64,000 bases of DNA from Candidatus Gastranaerophilales bacterium (lineage in GTDB: Bacteria; Cyanobacteriota; Vampirovibrionia; Gastranaerophilales; Gastranaerophilaceae): assembly GCA_963931575.1 (NCBI GenBank), contig OZ007029.1, forward strand, positions 189,694 through 253,693, written 5' to 3'. The position numbers and the translations under genes were made by a program. Below the pieces are notes generated by a model. That model saw only the letters and a program-made list of their open reading frames with translations. It was not told the origin of the DNA and did no database searches. Shown here one piece after another: positions 24,481-33,887 of this stretch. The number at the start of each line of letters is the position of its first letter. Position 1 is the first letter of the stretch.

Positions 24481-24553
24481 TTAATAAGATTTTATGGGGG
24501 GCGTAAGCCCCCTTGATGTTGAATGGTATCTGGAGTTGGAACTGCACGTGGTC

Positions 24554-24582
24554 TTGACTAAATAGAAAACATGGTACATAAT
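24554..24582 (+). promoter_or_regulatory. Promoter of pilin paralogue 2
   Basis: TTGACT-17 bp-CATAAT. Confidence 0.7.
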
Positions 24583-24673
24583 GAAAGAGTGCCGCTGAGC
24601 GGCATCCATAATAAGACAATGGCAAAATGCCAAGAAAGGATGGAAAAATGGAAAAACGTAAGAGTGTAACAAT

Positions 24674-25909
24674 TTGCACGGGGGGGGGGGGGGGCCGGCT
24701 GAGCCGACCGCTGAGCGGTACCCACGACTGAACCCGAGCGACTGGACAAAGAAATCCCCATATTGTCATCCTGAACTGCGCGAGCGAGCAGAGGCACAAA
24801 GCGAAAACCACGCTTTTCGCGGTGCCGTTTTGCGCGAGTCGAGCAAGACAGATTCAGGATCTGACCAGTGTTGCGAACTACCGGTGTCGCTGGCCAGATC
24901 CCGAAATAAATTCGGGATGACATTACAGAAAATAACCATGTCTTGTGGTTTTACAATGGCAGAAATCCTGTTATCCCTCACGATAATCGGCGTTGTGGCG
25001 GCGATAACGCTACCAAGTTTAACCGGAAATATTAACGAGCGGACGTGGAACACTCAGCGAAAAGCGCTTTATGCACGACTTTCACAGGCAATATCTCTAA
25101 TGCCTGCTCTGAACGGTTACGGAACATTAAAAGAGGAAAGTTCTGCCGGTGCGAGTGATGCAGTGGATACTGTTGCAGAAACTTTTTTAACGGCAGGACT
25201 TTCAAAAGTTCTTAAAATAAATAACATCTGCGATAATGAACATCTACCTGATTGCGGTCTGTCGTCCAGAATTACAAATCTTGCGGCAAGTCAGATTGAT
25301 TTACCGTTGAAGTTGTCTGATTTGAATCCGCTTAATATATATGTATCTCAATCGTGGAGTGCAACGACATCGCATGGTGCCGGCTCTAGATATTATTCTA
25401 TGATGGATGCAAAAGCCGCTGCATTTGAAACCGCTAATGGTGAAAGTGTTGTCGCTTATTACAATTCGTCTTGCGCGCCTTCAATGTCCGAGAGTGCAGG
25501 TATTTATGCCGCAGCTAAGATTTGTGTAAGTTTTCTTTATGACCTGAACGGGAACAAAGGCCCGAATACTGTTGGTAAAGATCTCGGTTTGATCACGGTA
25601 TATTATCCTTCCGATAGTCTGGTTGTTGCTCCGGTGCCTTATTCACGCGATGCAGGAGTGTTAGTTTCAGATTCCGGTGTTAATAGCATTTGTAAATCTC
25701 TGGATGAAGATTACCGGCTGCCTACTATCGAAGAATTGGGGGCGCTTTCCTTTAACTCTGAACTTATAGGAAATTTAGATGCTGAGCGTTATGCCTCATC
25801 CACTTTCCTATCTTCTTCCAAAAAATGGTATTTACATGCCGACTCAGGAATATTGAATGTAGATGACAGATTTTCTACGACTTCGGACATCAGATGTGTT
25901 AAAAGATAA
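24674..25909 (+). CDS. pilin-like adhesin paralogue 2; frame is open from the poly-G tract; alternative conventional start at ATG 24917
   Basis: SCGFTMAEILLSLTIIGVVAAITLPSL...; DLNGNKGPNT; C-terminal YRLPTIEELGALS...DIRCVKR. Confidence 0.7.
   Translation: MHGGGGGPAEPTAERYPRLNPSDWTKKSPYCHPELRERAEAQSENHAFRGAVLRESSKTDSGSDQCCELPVSLARSRNKFGMTLQKITMSCGFTMAEILLSLTIIGVVAAITLPSLTGNINERTWNTQRKALYARLSQAISLMPALNGYGTLKEESSAGASDAVDTVAETFLTAGLSKVLKINNICDNEHLPDCGLSSRITNLAASQIDLPLKLSDLNPLNIYVSQSWSATTSHGAGSRYYSMMDAKAAAFETANGESVVAYYNSSCAPSMSESAGIYAAAKICVSFLYDLNGNKGPNTVGKDLGLITVYYPSDSLVVAPVPYSRDAGVLVSDSGVNSICKSLDEDYRLPTIEELGALSFNSELIGNLDAERYASSTFLSSSKKWYLHADSGILNVDDRFSTTSDIRCVKR
24680..24694 (+). repeat. Poly-G tract, G15, after SD-ATG 24648 (out of frame; +1 or -2 G needed)
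   Basis: Counted directly. The ATG 24648 frame stops at about 24723 (MEKRKSVTICTGGGGGRLSRPLSGTHD*). Confidence 0.9.
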
Positions 25910-25931
25910 GAAACAGCCGAAAGGCTGTTTC
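25910..25931 (+). terminator. Terminator of paralogue 2
   Basis: gaaacagcc-gaaa-ggctgtttc followed by TTT. Confidence 0.7.
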
Positions 25932-26171
25932 TTTAATTAAGTTATGTTAATTTTATATATAATAAAGCTTGCACAAGTGTGAAAAAAGTTTTATACTACA
26001 ATTGTAATATGTGTAAAAGGGTTTATTGAATTGTGCCAAGTGCCATTCAAATAGAGTATTGTTTTGTAATGCTGATTTTTATAAAATAGTTTTAAGTAAT
26101 GTTAAATTACCGGAGAAATTAAGCAATAAATTTGCTTGAGTGTTTTTAGTGAAAAGTGTGGTAGGTGAATC

Positions 26172-28145
26172 TTGACTAAAGAAGCAGTTGAAACGCAACA
26201 AAAACTGAATAAGGCGAAGAAGCGTGTTGAGAAACAGGCTACCAACCCTATTTCCGGTTTATCCAAAGCGCCGGAATTGAAGGTTACAAAGAGTGCCTCG
26301 AACGTATTATCAATAGAGTCGCAGGCGCCGAAAATTCAGGAGCCGGAAAACAAACAGCAGCGTAACGCGGAAATGGCACCCGGCTTAATTGCTACTATAA
26401 ACACTTTTAACGCGAATAAATCACACAACCGTCTTTATAGCGGCTATGCAAGCAATCCTATTGCCGGAAAGGCTGTCGTAAACGGAAACGAACTGGCTAA
26501 TGCGGTTTGTTCGGCACTGAAAAACAGAACGGATATTTCAGAACTTTTTGTCGCTATTCATAACACCTGCTGCGAAAAACTTAACAGTATTTATACAGGT
26601 TTCGGGCTTTATCACGAAACCTCCAGATGCATAGATTTTAAACTTTTTTCTAAAATCGGCGGAACATATTCCTCAAAAATCTTCCAGTCTGACAGCGAAA
26701 ACCCTATTATGGAATGTTTTACCACACAAAAACCAGTCATTCTGAAAGATAATAAGTTCTTAAATATTCCGTACCTGAAAAATTCAGAAACGATAATTCT
26801 GCCGCTGATGTCGATTGATAAATGCCTTGGCATAATGCTTTTAGGCAGAAATGACCTTGTGAACAATCTGGAGCTTCTGGGCTTTATTGCAAACTATTGC
26901 GGTCTGTTTATTCATAATTTTGAACTTATTGAACGAACCGCAAAATACGCAAATACAGACACTTTGACCGGCATGTACACCCACCGAGGATTTCAGGAAG
27001 TGCTCTCTGCCGAACTTGAAAAAGCTAAAACAAATAAAACACCGCTTTCGATTGTTATGTTTGACGTTAATAACATTTCAAAAATTAACAGAGAACTCGG
27101 GCATGCCAAAGGTGATGAGGTTATTAAGGTTCTGGCGGAAAAGATTAAACAGAGTGCAAGAAATTCCGATATTGCAGGACGCTACGGCGGCGATGAGATT
27201 GCTTTGATTTTACCTAACACAAACACCGCTGATGCAAAATATCTTGCAGAATACATAACTTACTGCCTGTCTTGCTGCTTTATTGATGATGTAGGGCCGG
27301 TTAAGGTTGCGGTTGGTATTTCTACATATCCTGATTGTTCGGAAAATCAGGAAAAATTGCTGATACTTGCAGAACAGGCAATGATTATTTCGCAGGCAAA
27401 GGGCTACAAAGAGGGTATGTCTGCGATTATAAGCTCTTCGGACTTCAATTTCTGGGATGATGAGGCGCTCAGTTCATTCGCGCAGGTTATCTCCAAGCGC
27501 CACTCGCAATTGGGAATTAATTATGAAGAAGAACTTGTACAGAAATTCAATACTTCAGAAGTCAAATCGCACAATCACCTTGTAGAAATGGTTACGTCAT
27601 TAACCGCTGCAATTGATGCGAAGGATCCATATACAAAAGGTCACTCAACTTCTGTGTCAAGGTATTCAGAGGCGCTTGCACGTGCAATAAATCTTCCTGA
27701 AGAAGAGGTTCAACGAATTGCACTCGGGGCACAGCTTCACGATGTCGGCAAAATCGGTATCCCTGAAAATGTCTTGAGAAAAACTGATAAACTTTCGGAT
27801 GAAGAATGGGAAATTATGAAACAGCACCCGACGATTGGGGCAGAAAAGGTTCTTGAACCAAATCCTGGTTTAAGAGATTTGATTCCGATGGTAAAATATC
27901 ACCATGAAAAAATCGACGGAACAGGCTATCCTATGGGCTTGAAGGGGGATGAAATTCCGCTTGAAGCAAGGATAATCTCCGTTGCGGATGCGTATCACGC
28001 ACTTGTAAGTGACAGACCGTACCGTAAGGGCATGCCGCTGGAAAAGGCGTGTGCGATTTTGAAAGACGGCGCGGGCAAACACTGGGATGCGAATCTCGTA
28101 AGACATTTTATCGCGATTGCACCGTCACTTTCTACAAGTGTGTAA
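26172..28145 (+). CDS. multidomain c-di-GMP enzyme: sensor (GAF-like) + GGDEF + HD-GYP
   Basis: RYGGDEIAL (GGDEF site). LHDVGKIGIP and HHEKIDGTGYP (HD-GYP). TTG start as in the track. Confidence 0.8.
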   Translation: MTKEAVETQQKLNKAKKRVEKQATNPISGLSKAPELKVTKSASNVLSIESQAPKIQEPENKQQRNAEMAPGLIATINTFNANKSHNRLYSGYASNPIAGKAVVNGNELANAVCSALKNRTDISELFVAIHNTCCEKLNSIYTGFGLYHETSRCIDFKLFSKIGGTYSSKIFQSDSENPIMECFTTQKPVILKDNKFLNIPYLKNSETIILPLMSIDKCLGIMLLGRNDLVNNLELLGFIANYCGLFIHNFELIERTAKYANTDTLTGMYTHRGFQEVLSAELEKAKTNKTPLSIVMFDVNNISKINRELGHAKGDEVIKVLAEKIKQSARNSDIAGRYGGDEIALILPNTNTADAKYLAEYITYCLSCCFIDDVGPVKVAVGISTYPDCSENQEKLLILAEQAMIISQAKGYKEGMSAIISSSDFNFWDDEALSSFAQVISKRHSQLGINYEEELVQKFNTSEVKSHNHLVEMVTSLTAAIDAKDPYTKGHSTSVSRYSEALARAINLPEEEVQRIALGAQLHDVGKIGIPENVLRKTDKLSDEEWEIMKQHPTIGAEKVLEPNPGLRDLIPMVKYHHEKIDGTGYPMGLKGDEIPLEARIISVADAYHALVSDRPYRKGMPLEKACAILKDGAGKHWDANLVRHFIAIAPSLSTSV

Positions 28146-28147
28146 TA

Positions 28148-28468
28148 TTATTTGTTAAAAGTTTTGATAATTTCAATCAATTGTTTTTGTTGCGCGGGCG
28201 TCAGAGTCTTGGCTATTAGCATAATATTTGTTAAATTTTCATTTTCAGTTTCGTCACCCCGAAATAATTCTTCCGGTTCAATATTTAGAGCTTTGCATAT
28301 ATTTTTCAATGTTGGATATTTAATAAAGGTTTTGCCTGTTTCTAATGTAGAAATAGTGTTTGTAGATACATTTAACTTCTCAGCGAATTTTTCTTGGCTT
28401 AATCCGTAAGCCTTTCTTAATGTTTTTATCCTAGAACCAAATCTTTTTAAAAATTTATCCATAATCAA
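28148..28468 (-). CDS. XRE-family HTH transcriptional regulator
   Basis: IKTLRKAYGLSQEKFAEKLNVSTNTISTLETGK. Confidence 0.8.
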   Translation of the reverse strand: MIMDKFLKRFGSRIKTLRKAYGLSQEKFAEKLNVSTNTISTLETGKTFIKYPTLKNICKALNIEPEELFRGDETENENLTNIMLIAKTLTPAQQKQLIEIIKTFNK

Positions 28469-28573
28469 AGAATATACGATTTTTCATTTACCTTCTATAG
28501 GAAAATCTGGTAGATAACAACAAGTTGTACTTGTAGAAATAAAAGACTTTATGTTAAACTACAACTTGAAGTC

Positions 28574-28936
28574 ATGGAGGGGTTAAAAGTTATGGCAGGA
28601 AAATCAAATATTCTGGTTGATCTTGACGGTGTTTTGAATACTTATACCGGCGGGTTTGACGAGAATTATATCCCACCGGTGAAGAGCGGTGCCGCGGAAT
28701 TTTTGACGGCTTTGTCAGAAAAGTATATTGTAAAAATTTTTACGACACGCAATAGACTTTTAGCTTCTAAATGGCTTATTGAAAACGGATTAGATAAGTA
28801 TGTGGCAGATGTGACAAATATTAAGGAACCGGCAATATTACATATTGATGACAGGGCTTTGACTTTTCAAGGTGACTTTGACGAAACTCTCAGGAAAATT
28901 AAGGCTTTTAAGGTCTGGTATTCAACCCTCCCATAG
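28574..28936 (+). CDS. small HAD-superfamily phosphatase-like protein
   Basis: DLDGVL (motif I), FTTR (motif II), HIDDRA (motif IV). An alternative start at ATG 28592 follows GGAGG. Confidence 0.55.
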   Translation: MEGLKVMAGKSNILVDLDGVLNTYTGGFDENYIPPVKSGAAEFLTALSEKYIVKIFTTRNRLLASKWLIENGLDKYVADVTNIKEPAILHIDDRALTFQGDFDETLRKIKAFKVWYSTLP

Positions 28937-28953
28937 TCCCAAACGACCCCCGT

Positions 28954-31900
28954 TTACCCCTCTTTTAACACTCTGTCGAGGCAGGCGTCTTTTGAATAAT
29001 GCCATTCGCGGTAGGTTATTCTGCGCACTGTGAATCCGCACCGTTCCAGTATTGCCTGTTTTTTCATGTTGCTGATACGGGATTTCTGGTTGTCCTCAAC
29101 GCCGTCGACTTCTATAATCAATTTGTTATCTACAACCAGATCCGCGCTAAGACTTGCGATTTCAACACCGGTCTGAACATTATGACCCAGTGCGCGGATT
29201 TCGTTGGCAATTTCTTTTTCAAGCGGATTTTTGTAGATGTTTTCGTCAAAATCCTCGGAGTTTGAAAGTTTCAACCTATCTCGGTACTGCTGCATAAAGG
29301 AAATATAGTTTCTGAAATGACCTTCCGGCAGGCCGGATGGGTCGCGTGAAACAAAATTGATAACTTTATTTCTTCCGCGCGTAATTGCAACGTTAAAGAG
29401 GTTTGCTTTTTGCAGGAAGGTTATGCTTTGCGTGAAGCTGTTGTCCGCAAATGCCCATGAAATCAGCATTATATCGCGTTCATCTCCCTGAAAGGTGTGG
29501 GCGGTACCGATTTCAATTTCGTGCTTTTTAATCATGTGATCGGAAAGAACTTTGGAAACAGCGACTTTCAATGCTTCCACCTGCGCGCGGAACGGGGAAA
29601 TAAGCCCGATTGTGACAGGTTTATCAGGATTATTGCGCTCATCTTCGACGACTATGTCGTAAAGGCGTTTTACGACCGCTTCGACCTCCGGAAGGTTTCG
29701 GGTTGCGTCAAAGTCAACTTTTCCGTCAGGCACCTGAACGAGTTCCAGAACGGGTGTTTTTTCAAAATCTTTTCTCATAATACGGATTTTGCCGTTATAA
29801 AATTCACGGTTTGAAAACTCAATAATCGGCGGCAGCGAGCGGAAGTGCTCGTCCAGCATAACGGAATTCATTGAGTAGTAGTCTGCAAGATCAAACATGG
29901 AATTTGTTCTGAAACGCCAGATAAGCTGGTATTTTTCAGGGATTCCGTACTGGCTGAGGAACGATTGTTCTTTGGCTTTTTCGAGGAATGACAGGTGCGG
30001 AAGCTGTTTGTCGTCGCCTACGATTACTGCACGTTTTGCGCGGAAAAGTATCGGGAAGCAGCTTGCTATATCGCATTGCGATGCTTCGTCAATTATTGCA
30101 ACATCAAACATTCCCGGCTTTAGCGGGAGTGAATCCGAAACCGCATAAGTTGTTACACACCAGCAAGGGAAAGCGTCAAGCAGCGGACGGAAATCTTCCT
30201 CTGCCAGAATTGTGTCCTGAATACGTTTTCTGTTCGCGGTTAGTGCTTTTGCGTGGATTTTCAGGCGGCGTTTTTTGTTTTCGTCGAATAAAAGCGATTT
30301 TAACGACTCACGGCGGGTGTTTTTCAAAATGTTTACCGCAAGCGTTTTTTGTTCGGCTTTTTTCTTTTTGATATGCGCTGTTAGCTGGTGAAGGTTTCCT
30401 GTTTTTTGAATTTCGTTTTCGATTTTTCTAAGGTCATAAAGCAAAGATTCAAAATCCAGTTCTTCGTTCAAACGCGATAAATTTTCAAGAGTTACGTCAA
30501 AATGCTTTAGTTTAAGTGTCTTTTTGAGCTTCAATTCACTGAAAAAGTTGAGAATTTTTGCGATAATCCCCATTTTTTCAAGATTTTTTTCTAACGTTTT
30601 TGAGATAAGTTTGAGGGTTTCAATGTCGAGTTTTTTGAGTGAATTTTTCACGTATTGCATTTGCCCGACAACGCTTTCTTCCTCTTCGACAATGAGGTTC
30701 TGGTCGTGCCATTCGCGCTCTAACTTGATTATTTTTTCGCACTTGCCCTCAATTTCTTTGATGTAATCGAGGTGGTCTTTCATATCCTCGACCGTTGCAA
30801 AAATGCTGTCCTCTAAGTCCTCATCAAGAATTGAGTCGTCTGCAAGAAGGTTATTTAATTCTTCGCTGAGCATTCTCTGGTAATTCAGACGTCCGGCGCG
30901 GAGTGCCATATATTTTGCCCCGAGAGCGTTAAGCCTATCGGCAACGACATCAACGGCTTTATCCATACGGGAAGCCACAAGGACAGTTTTGCCGTTTGCA
31001 ACAAGGTGCGAAACAAGGTTAACAATTGTTTGTGATTTACCTGTTCCCGGAGGCCCCTGAACCGCTACGAATTTACTGTTATCAATGTTTTTTATAACCA
31101 TTTCCTGAGAATCGCTTAACGATAAAGGCGTTACAGGGTAGAAGTCTGTAATATTTCTGATATCTTGAAGCGGAACGGATTTTTCTTTTGACTGCGCATA
31201 TTCTTCATTGATAATGCTCAATGCTGTTTCGCGGTAGATGCCGCTCGGCTTTTCCGCAATCTGTGTTAATTCGTGCAGAACACCAGCTGTGACTGATGGA
31301 CGCTTTGTTAAAATTATCGCACTTTGATAGGTTACACAGACTTTTTCAAGCTTTACCGCGGCTTTTTGGGTGTTTTCCTCTTCTTCAATAACATCTTCAA
31401 CGTTTTCGGCCGTAATTTTTTCTTCCGTATAAAACTCTTTTGCAGCTTTGGTGATATTATCTTCTTCAACGTAATCCGCGGTGTTTGATGTTATTTCAAT
31501 GTCAGGAATGAGCGATTTCAGGGTCGTGAGGAAGATATCGAGTTTTTCCTGCGTAATCGGAAGATCAGGCACAACGTTTAAAATTCCTTCTAAAAGGATA
31601 TCTACTTCATCTTCATCGTCATTTTTGCGCATTAAAGCGGCAAGTGCGCCGGTGTTGAGCGAAAGCACTTCATCCATCGGAAAACAATTTATATTAACGC
31701 CGTTGCGCTCCAAACGGCACGGCATATACAAAAGCGGGGTGAGAAATTCGTTTGCCTTTTTTGATTTAGAACTTTTCCCTACTAAAAAGAGATAACCGTA
31801 GATAAGGTATTTGTCGCGTGCACCGTGTTCTGATTGAAGCATAAGTTCGGTAAGCTTCGGGTCCGCACCGTCTAGCGGTATGTATTCCTGAAAATTAGAA

Positions 31901-32076
31901 AATAACTGCTCCTCGCCTTTCAGGAAAATCCATTTGTTATCTTTATCGCCCTTAAGGTTGCGGAAAGTCGAACTTTTAACTTCTTCCCGAACGCAGTCGT
32001 GAAGATACTGGCTTAACTTTTTTATAAAACTGTTGTTGAACGCGGAATTTATTGCTCTGGTAGCTTCTTGTAACAT
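28954..32076 (-). CDS. SF1B (Upf1/DNA2-like) helicase fused to a C-terminal DUF559/Vsr-like PD-(D/E)xK endonuclease domain
   Basis: GPPGTGKSQT; IIDEASQ; VGDDKQLPH; HFRSLPPIIEFSN; TFQGDERD; NVAITRGR. C-terminus has DLVVDNKLIIEVDGVEDNQ...RRITYREW. ATG 32076 follows GGGGAGAG. Confidence 0.8.
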   Translation of the reverse strand: MLQEATRAINSAFNNSFIKKLSQYLHDCVREEVKSSTFRNLKGDKDNKWIFLKGEEQLFSNFQEYIPLDGADPKLTELMLQSEHGARDKYLIYGYLFLVGKSSKSKKANEFLTPLLYMPCRLERNGVNINCFPMDEVLSLNTGALAALMRKNDDEDEVDILLEGILNVVPDLPITQEKLDIFLTTLKSLIPDIEITSNTADYVEEDNITKAAKEFYTEEKITAENVEDVIEEEENTQKAAVKLEKVCVTYQSAIILTKRPSVTAGVLHELTQIAEKPSGIYRETALSIINEEYAQSKEKSVPLQDIRNITDFYPVTPLSLSDSQEMVIKNIDNSKFVAVQGPPGTGKSQTIVNLVSHLVANGKTVLVASRMDKAVDVVADRLNALGAKYMALRAGRLNYQRMLSEELNNLLADDSILDEDLEDSIFATVEDMKDHLDYIKEIEGKCEKIIKLEREWHDQNLIVEEEESVVGQMQYVKNSLKKLDIETLKLISKTLEKNLEKMGIIAKILNFFSELKLKKTLKLKHFDVTLENLSRLNEELDFESLLYDLRKIENEIQKTGNLHQLTAHIKKKKAEQKTLAVNILKNTRRESLKSLLFDENKKRRLKIHAKALTANRKRIQDTILAEEDFRPLLDAFPCWCVTTYAVSDSLPLKPGMFDVAIIDEASQCDIASCFPILFRAKRAVIVGDDKQLPHLSFLEKAKEQSFLSQYGIPEKYQLIWRFRTNSMFDLADYYSMNSVMLDEHFRSLPPIIEFSNREFYNGKIRIMRKDFEKTPVLELVQVPDGKVDFDATRNLPEVEAVVKRLYDIVVEDERNNPDKPVTIGLISPFRAQVEALKVAVSKVLSDHMIKKHEIEIGTAHTFQGDERDIMLISWAFADNSFTQSITFLQKANLFNVAITRGRNKVINFVSRDPSGLPEGHFRNYISFMQQYRDRLKLSNSEDFDENIYKNPLEKEIANEIRALGHNVQTGVEIASLSADLVVDNKLIIEVDGVEDNQKSRISNMKKQAILERCGFTVRRITYREWHYSKDACLDRVLKEG

Positions 32077-32155
32077 TATCTTTTTCTCTCCCCTTGTGCT
32101 TTTAAGTATAGCAAAAATAGGGCACTGTTGCAATAATTTGTGTTATAATTTCAAT

Positions 32156-32392
32156 ATGAAAAGGTGGTTTTTATTTTTAGGAGTAATTGTTTTTGCCGGC
32201 TTATTGTTTTGTGTAAATGCGTTCCGAAATTCAGACTTTTGGAATATGGATTTTTGTTTAGATACTGCGATTTGTGCGGAGGGACTTACTATTAATGTTG
32301 AGGGTAAAATGATAACTATTAGCAGACAATCTTGTGCCGAACTGGGCGGAGTTTGGTCTGAAGAACGTAAAGAATGCGATTTGCGTGATTAA
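32156..32392 (+). CDS. small secreted Cys-containing protein
   Basis: MKRWFLFLGVIVFAGLLFCVNA signal peptide. TGTTATAAT extended -10 lies just upstream (32141-32149). Confidence 0.45.
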   Translation: MKRWFLFLGVIVFAGLLFCVNAFRNSDFWNMDFCLDTAICAEGLTINVEGKMITISRQSCAELGGVWSEERKECDLRD

Positions 32393-32430
32393 CGATTGCA
32401 CAATTTTTGTTTTTCAATTACAATTTAGCT

Positions 32431-33252
32431 ATGGATATGAAGAGAATTAAATTAGGAAATTTTGAAATCGGCGGGGATAAGCTTACTATTTTAGCCGGTC
32501 CGTGCGCTCTGGAATCTAAAGCTATAGCGGAAGAAGTCGCAGCAGCTTTAAAAGAAGTTTGTCAAAAGCTTGATATTAACTATGTTTTTAAATCATCTTT
32601 TGATAAGGCAAACCGTTCTTCAATTACCTCATATCGCGGGCCGGGTATGGAAGAAGGGTTGAAAATTCTTGCTGAAATCAAAGAAAAATATAATCTTCCG
32701 ATAGTAACGGATATTCATACTCCCGATCAGGCGGAACCTGTTGCAAAAGTCGCGGATATTCTGCAAATCCCGGCATTTCTTTGCCGTCAGACGGATTTGC
32801 TTGTGGCTGCCGCTAAAACCGGTAAAATCGTAAACATAAAAAAAGGCCAGTTTCTGGCACCGGAGCAGATGAAACCTTTAATCAAAAAAGTGGAAGATGC
32901 CGGAAATACAAATATTCTCGTAACCGATAGAGGAACAAGCTTTGGTTATAATAATCTTGTTGTGGATTTCCGCGGAATTCCTATTATGCAATCCTTCGGC
33001 TATCCTGTTGTTTTTGATGCAACCCATAGCGTTCAGCTCCCGGGGGCAAACGGAGTTTCTTCAGGCGGCGACAGAAGATTTGTTCCGGTTCTGGCAAAAG
33101 CTGCAATGGCTGCCGGCGCAAATGTCCTTTTCTTTGAAATTCATCCGGATCCGGATAAGGCACTGTGTGACGGGCCAAATATGGTTGCGCTTAAAGACGC
33201 CGAAAAATTATTTAAAATCTGTAAAGATATTTTTGAACTGGTTAAAGGGTAA
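32431..33252 (+). CDS. kdsA: 3-deoxy-8-phosphooctulonate (KDO-8-P) synthase
   Basis: LAGPCALES, FKSSFDKANRSS, IPAFLCRQTDL, DATHSVQLPG. Confidence 0.9.
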   Translation: MDMKRIKLGNFEIGGDKLTILAGPCALESKAIAEEVAAALKEVCQKLDINYVFKSSFDKANRSSITSYRGPGMEEGLKILAEIKEKYNLPIVTDIHTPDQAEPVAKVADILQIPAFLCRQTDLLVAAAKTGKIVNIKKGQFLAPEQMKPLIKKVEDAGNTNILVTDRGTSFGYNNLVVDFRGIPIMQSFGYPVVFDATHSVQLPGANGVSSGGDRRFVPVLAKAAMAAGANVLFFEIHPDPDKALCDGPNMVALKDAEKLFKICKDIFELVKG

Positions 33253-33257
33253 ATAAA

Positions 33258-33887
33258 ATGCTTATAAATACATACGTTGCAGGGCCGGTTCAGGCGAATA
33301 ATTATCTTATAATTGATGAAACTTCAAAAGAAGCAATTCTTATCGACTGTTCGGATTATGTAGAAGAAATTATTGACTACGTCAAAAAAAATAACTTGAA
33401 AGTAAAATATATTCTTCTTACACACGGTCATTTTGATCATGTTCTCGGGATTAACAGAATGAACGAAGTTTTAGGAGCCAAAGTTTACGTGCACGAAGGC
33501 GATAAGGAACAGGTAGTTAATACCCGCGCGGTTATGACGATGTTCGGGCTTCCGACAGAGGGCGTTGAAAATCCGAAAATTACCACTACGCTTTCAGATG
33601 CCGGTGAACTTACCCTTGGCAATCAGGTGATTAAAGTTATTGAAACGCCAGGGCATACGCCGGGTGGTGTATGTTACCTGATAGGGGATTGCCTTTTCTC
33701 CGGAGATACTCTCTTCCGCGGTACAATCGGCAGAACAGATCTTCCGGGCGGAAGCTTTCAACAGATTAAGCACAGCGTTAAAGATGTACTTTTTGCGCTT
33801 GATGAAAATATAAAAGTTTATCCGGGGCACGGTGAACCTACATCAATCGGATACGAAAAAAAGTTTAATGATATTGTGAATTATTAA
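33258..33887 (+). CDS. MBL-fold metallo-hydrolase (GloB-like)
   Basis: LLTHGHFDHV, TPGHTPG, SGDTLF. Confidence 0.8.
   Translation: MLINTYVAGPVQANNYLIIDETSKEAILIDCSDYVEEIIDYVKKNNLKVKYILLTHGHFDHVLGINRMNEVLGAKVYVHEGDKEQVVNTRAVMTMFGLPTEGVENPKITTTLSDAGELTLGNQVIKVIETPGHTPGGVCYLIGDCLFSGDTLFRGTIGRTDLPGGSFQQIKHSVKDVLFALDENIKVYPGHGEPTSIGYEKKFNDIVNY

Noticed and set aside
24428-24923. ORFs of 127 and 121 aa on the minus strand, antisense to the leader of paralogue 2
   Set aside because: They lie entirely inside the GC-rich hairpin-module region, where stop codons are rare in several frames. There is no SD and the sequence is low-complexity Pro/Ser/Arg-rich. They are almost certainly compositional artefacts, and they warn that open frames here are weaker evidence than usual.
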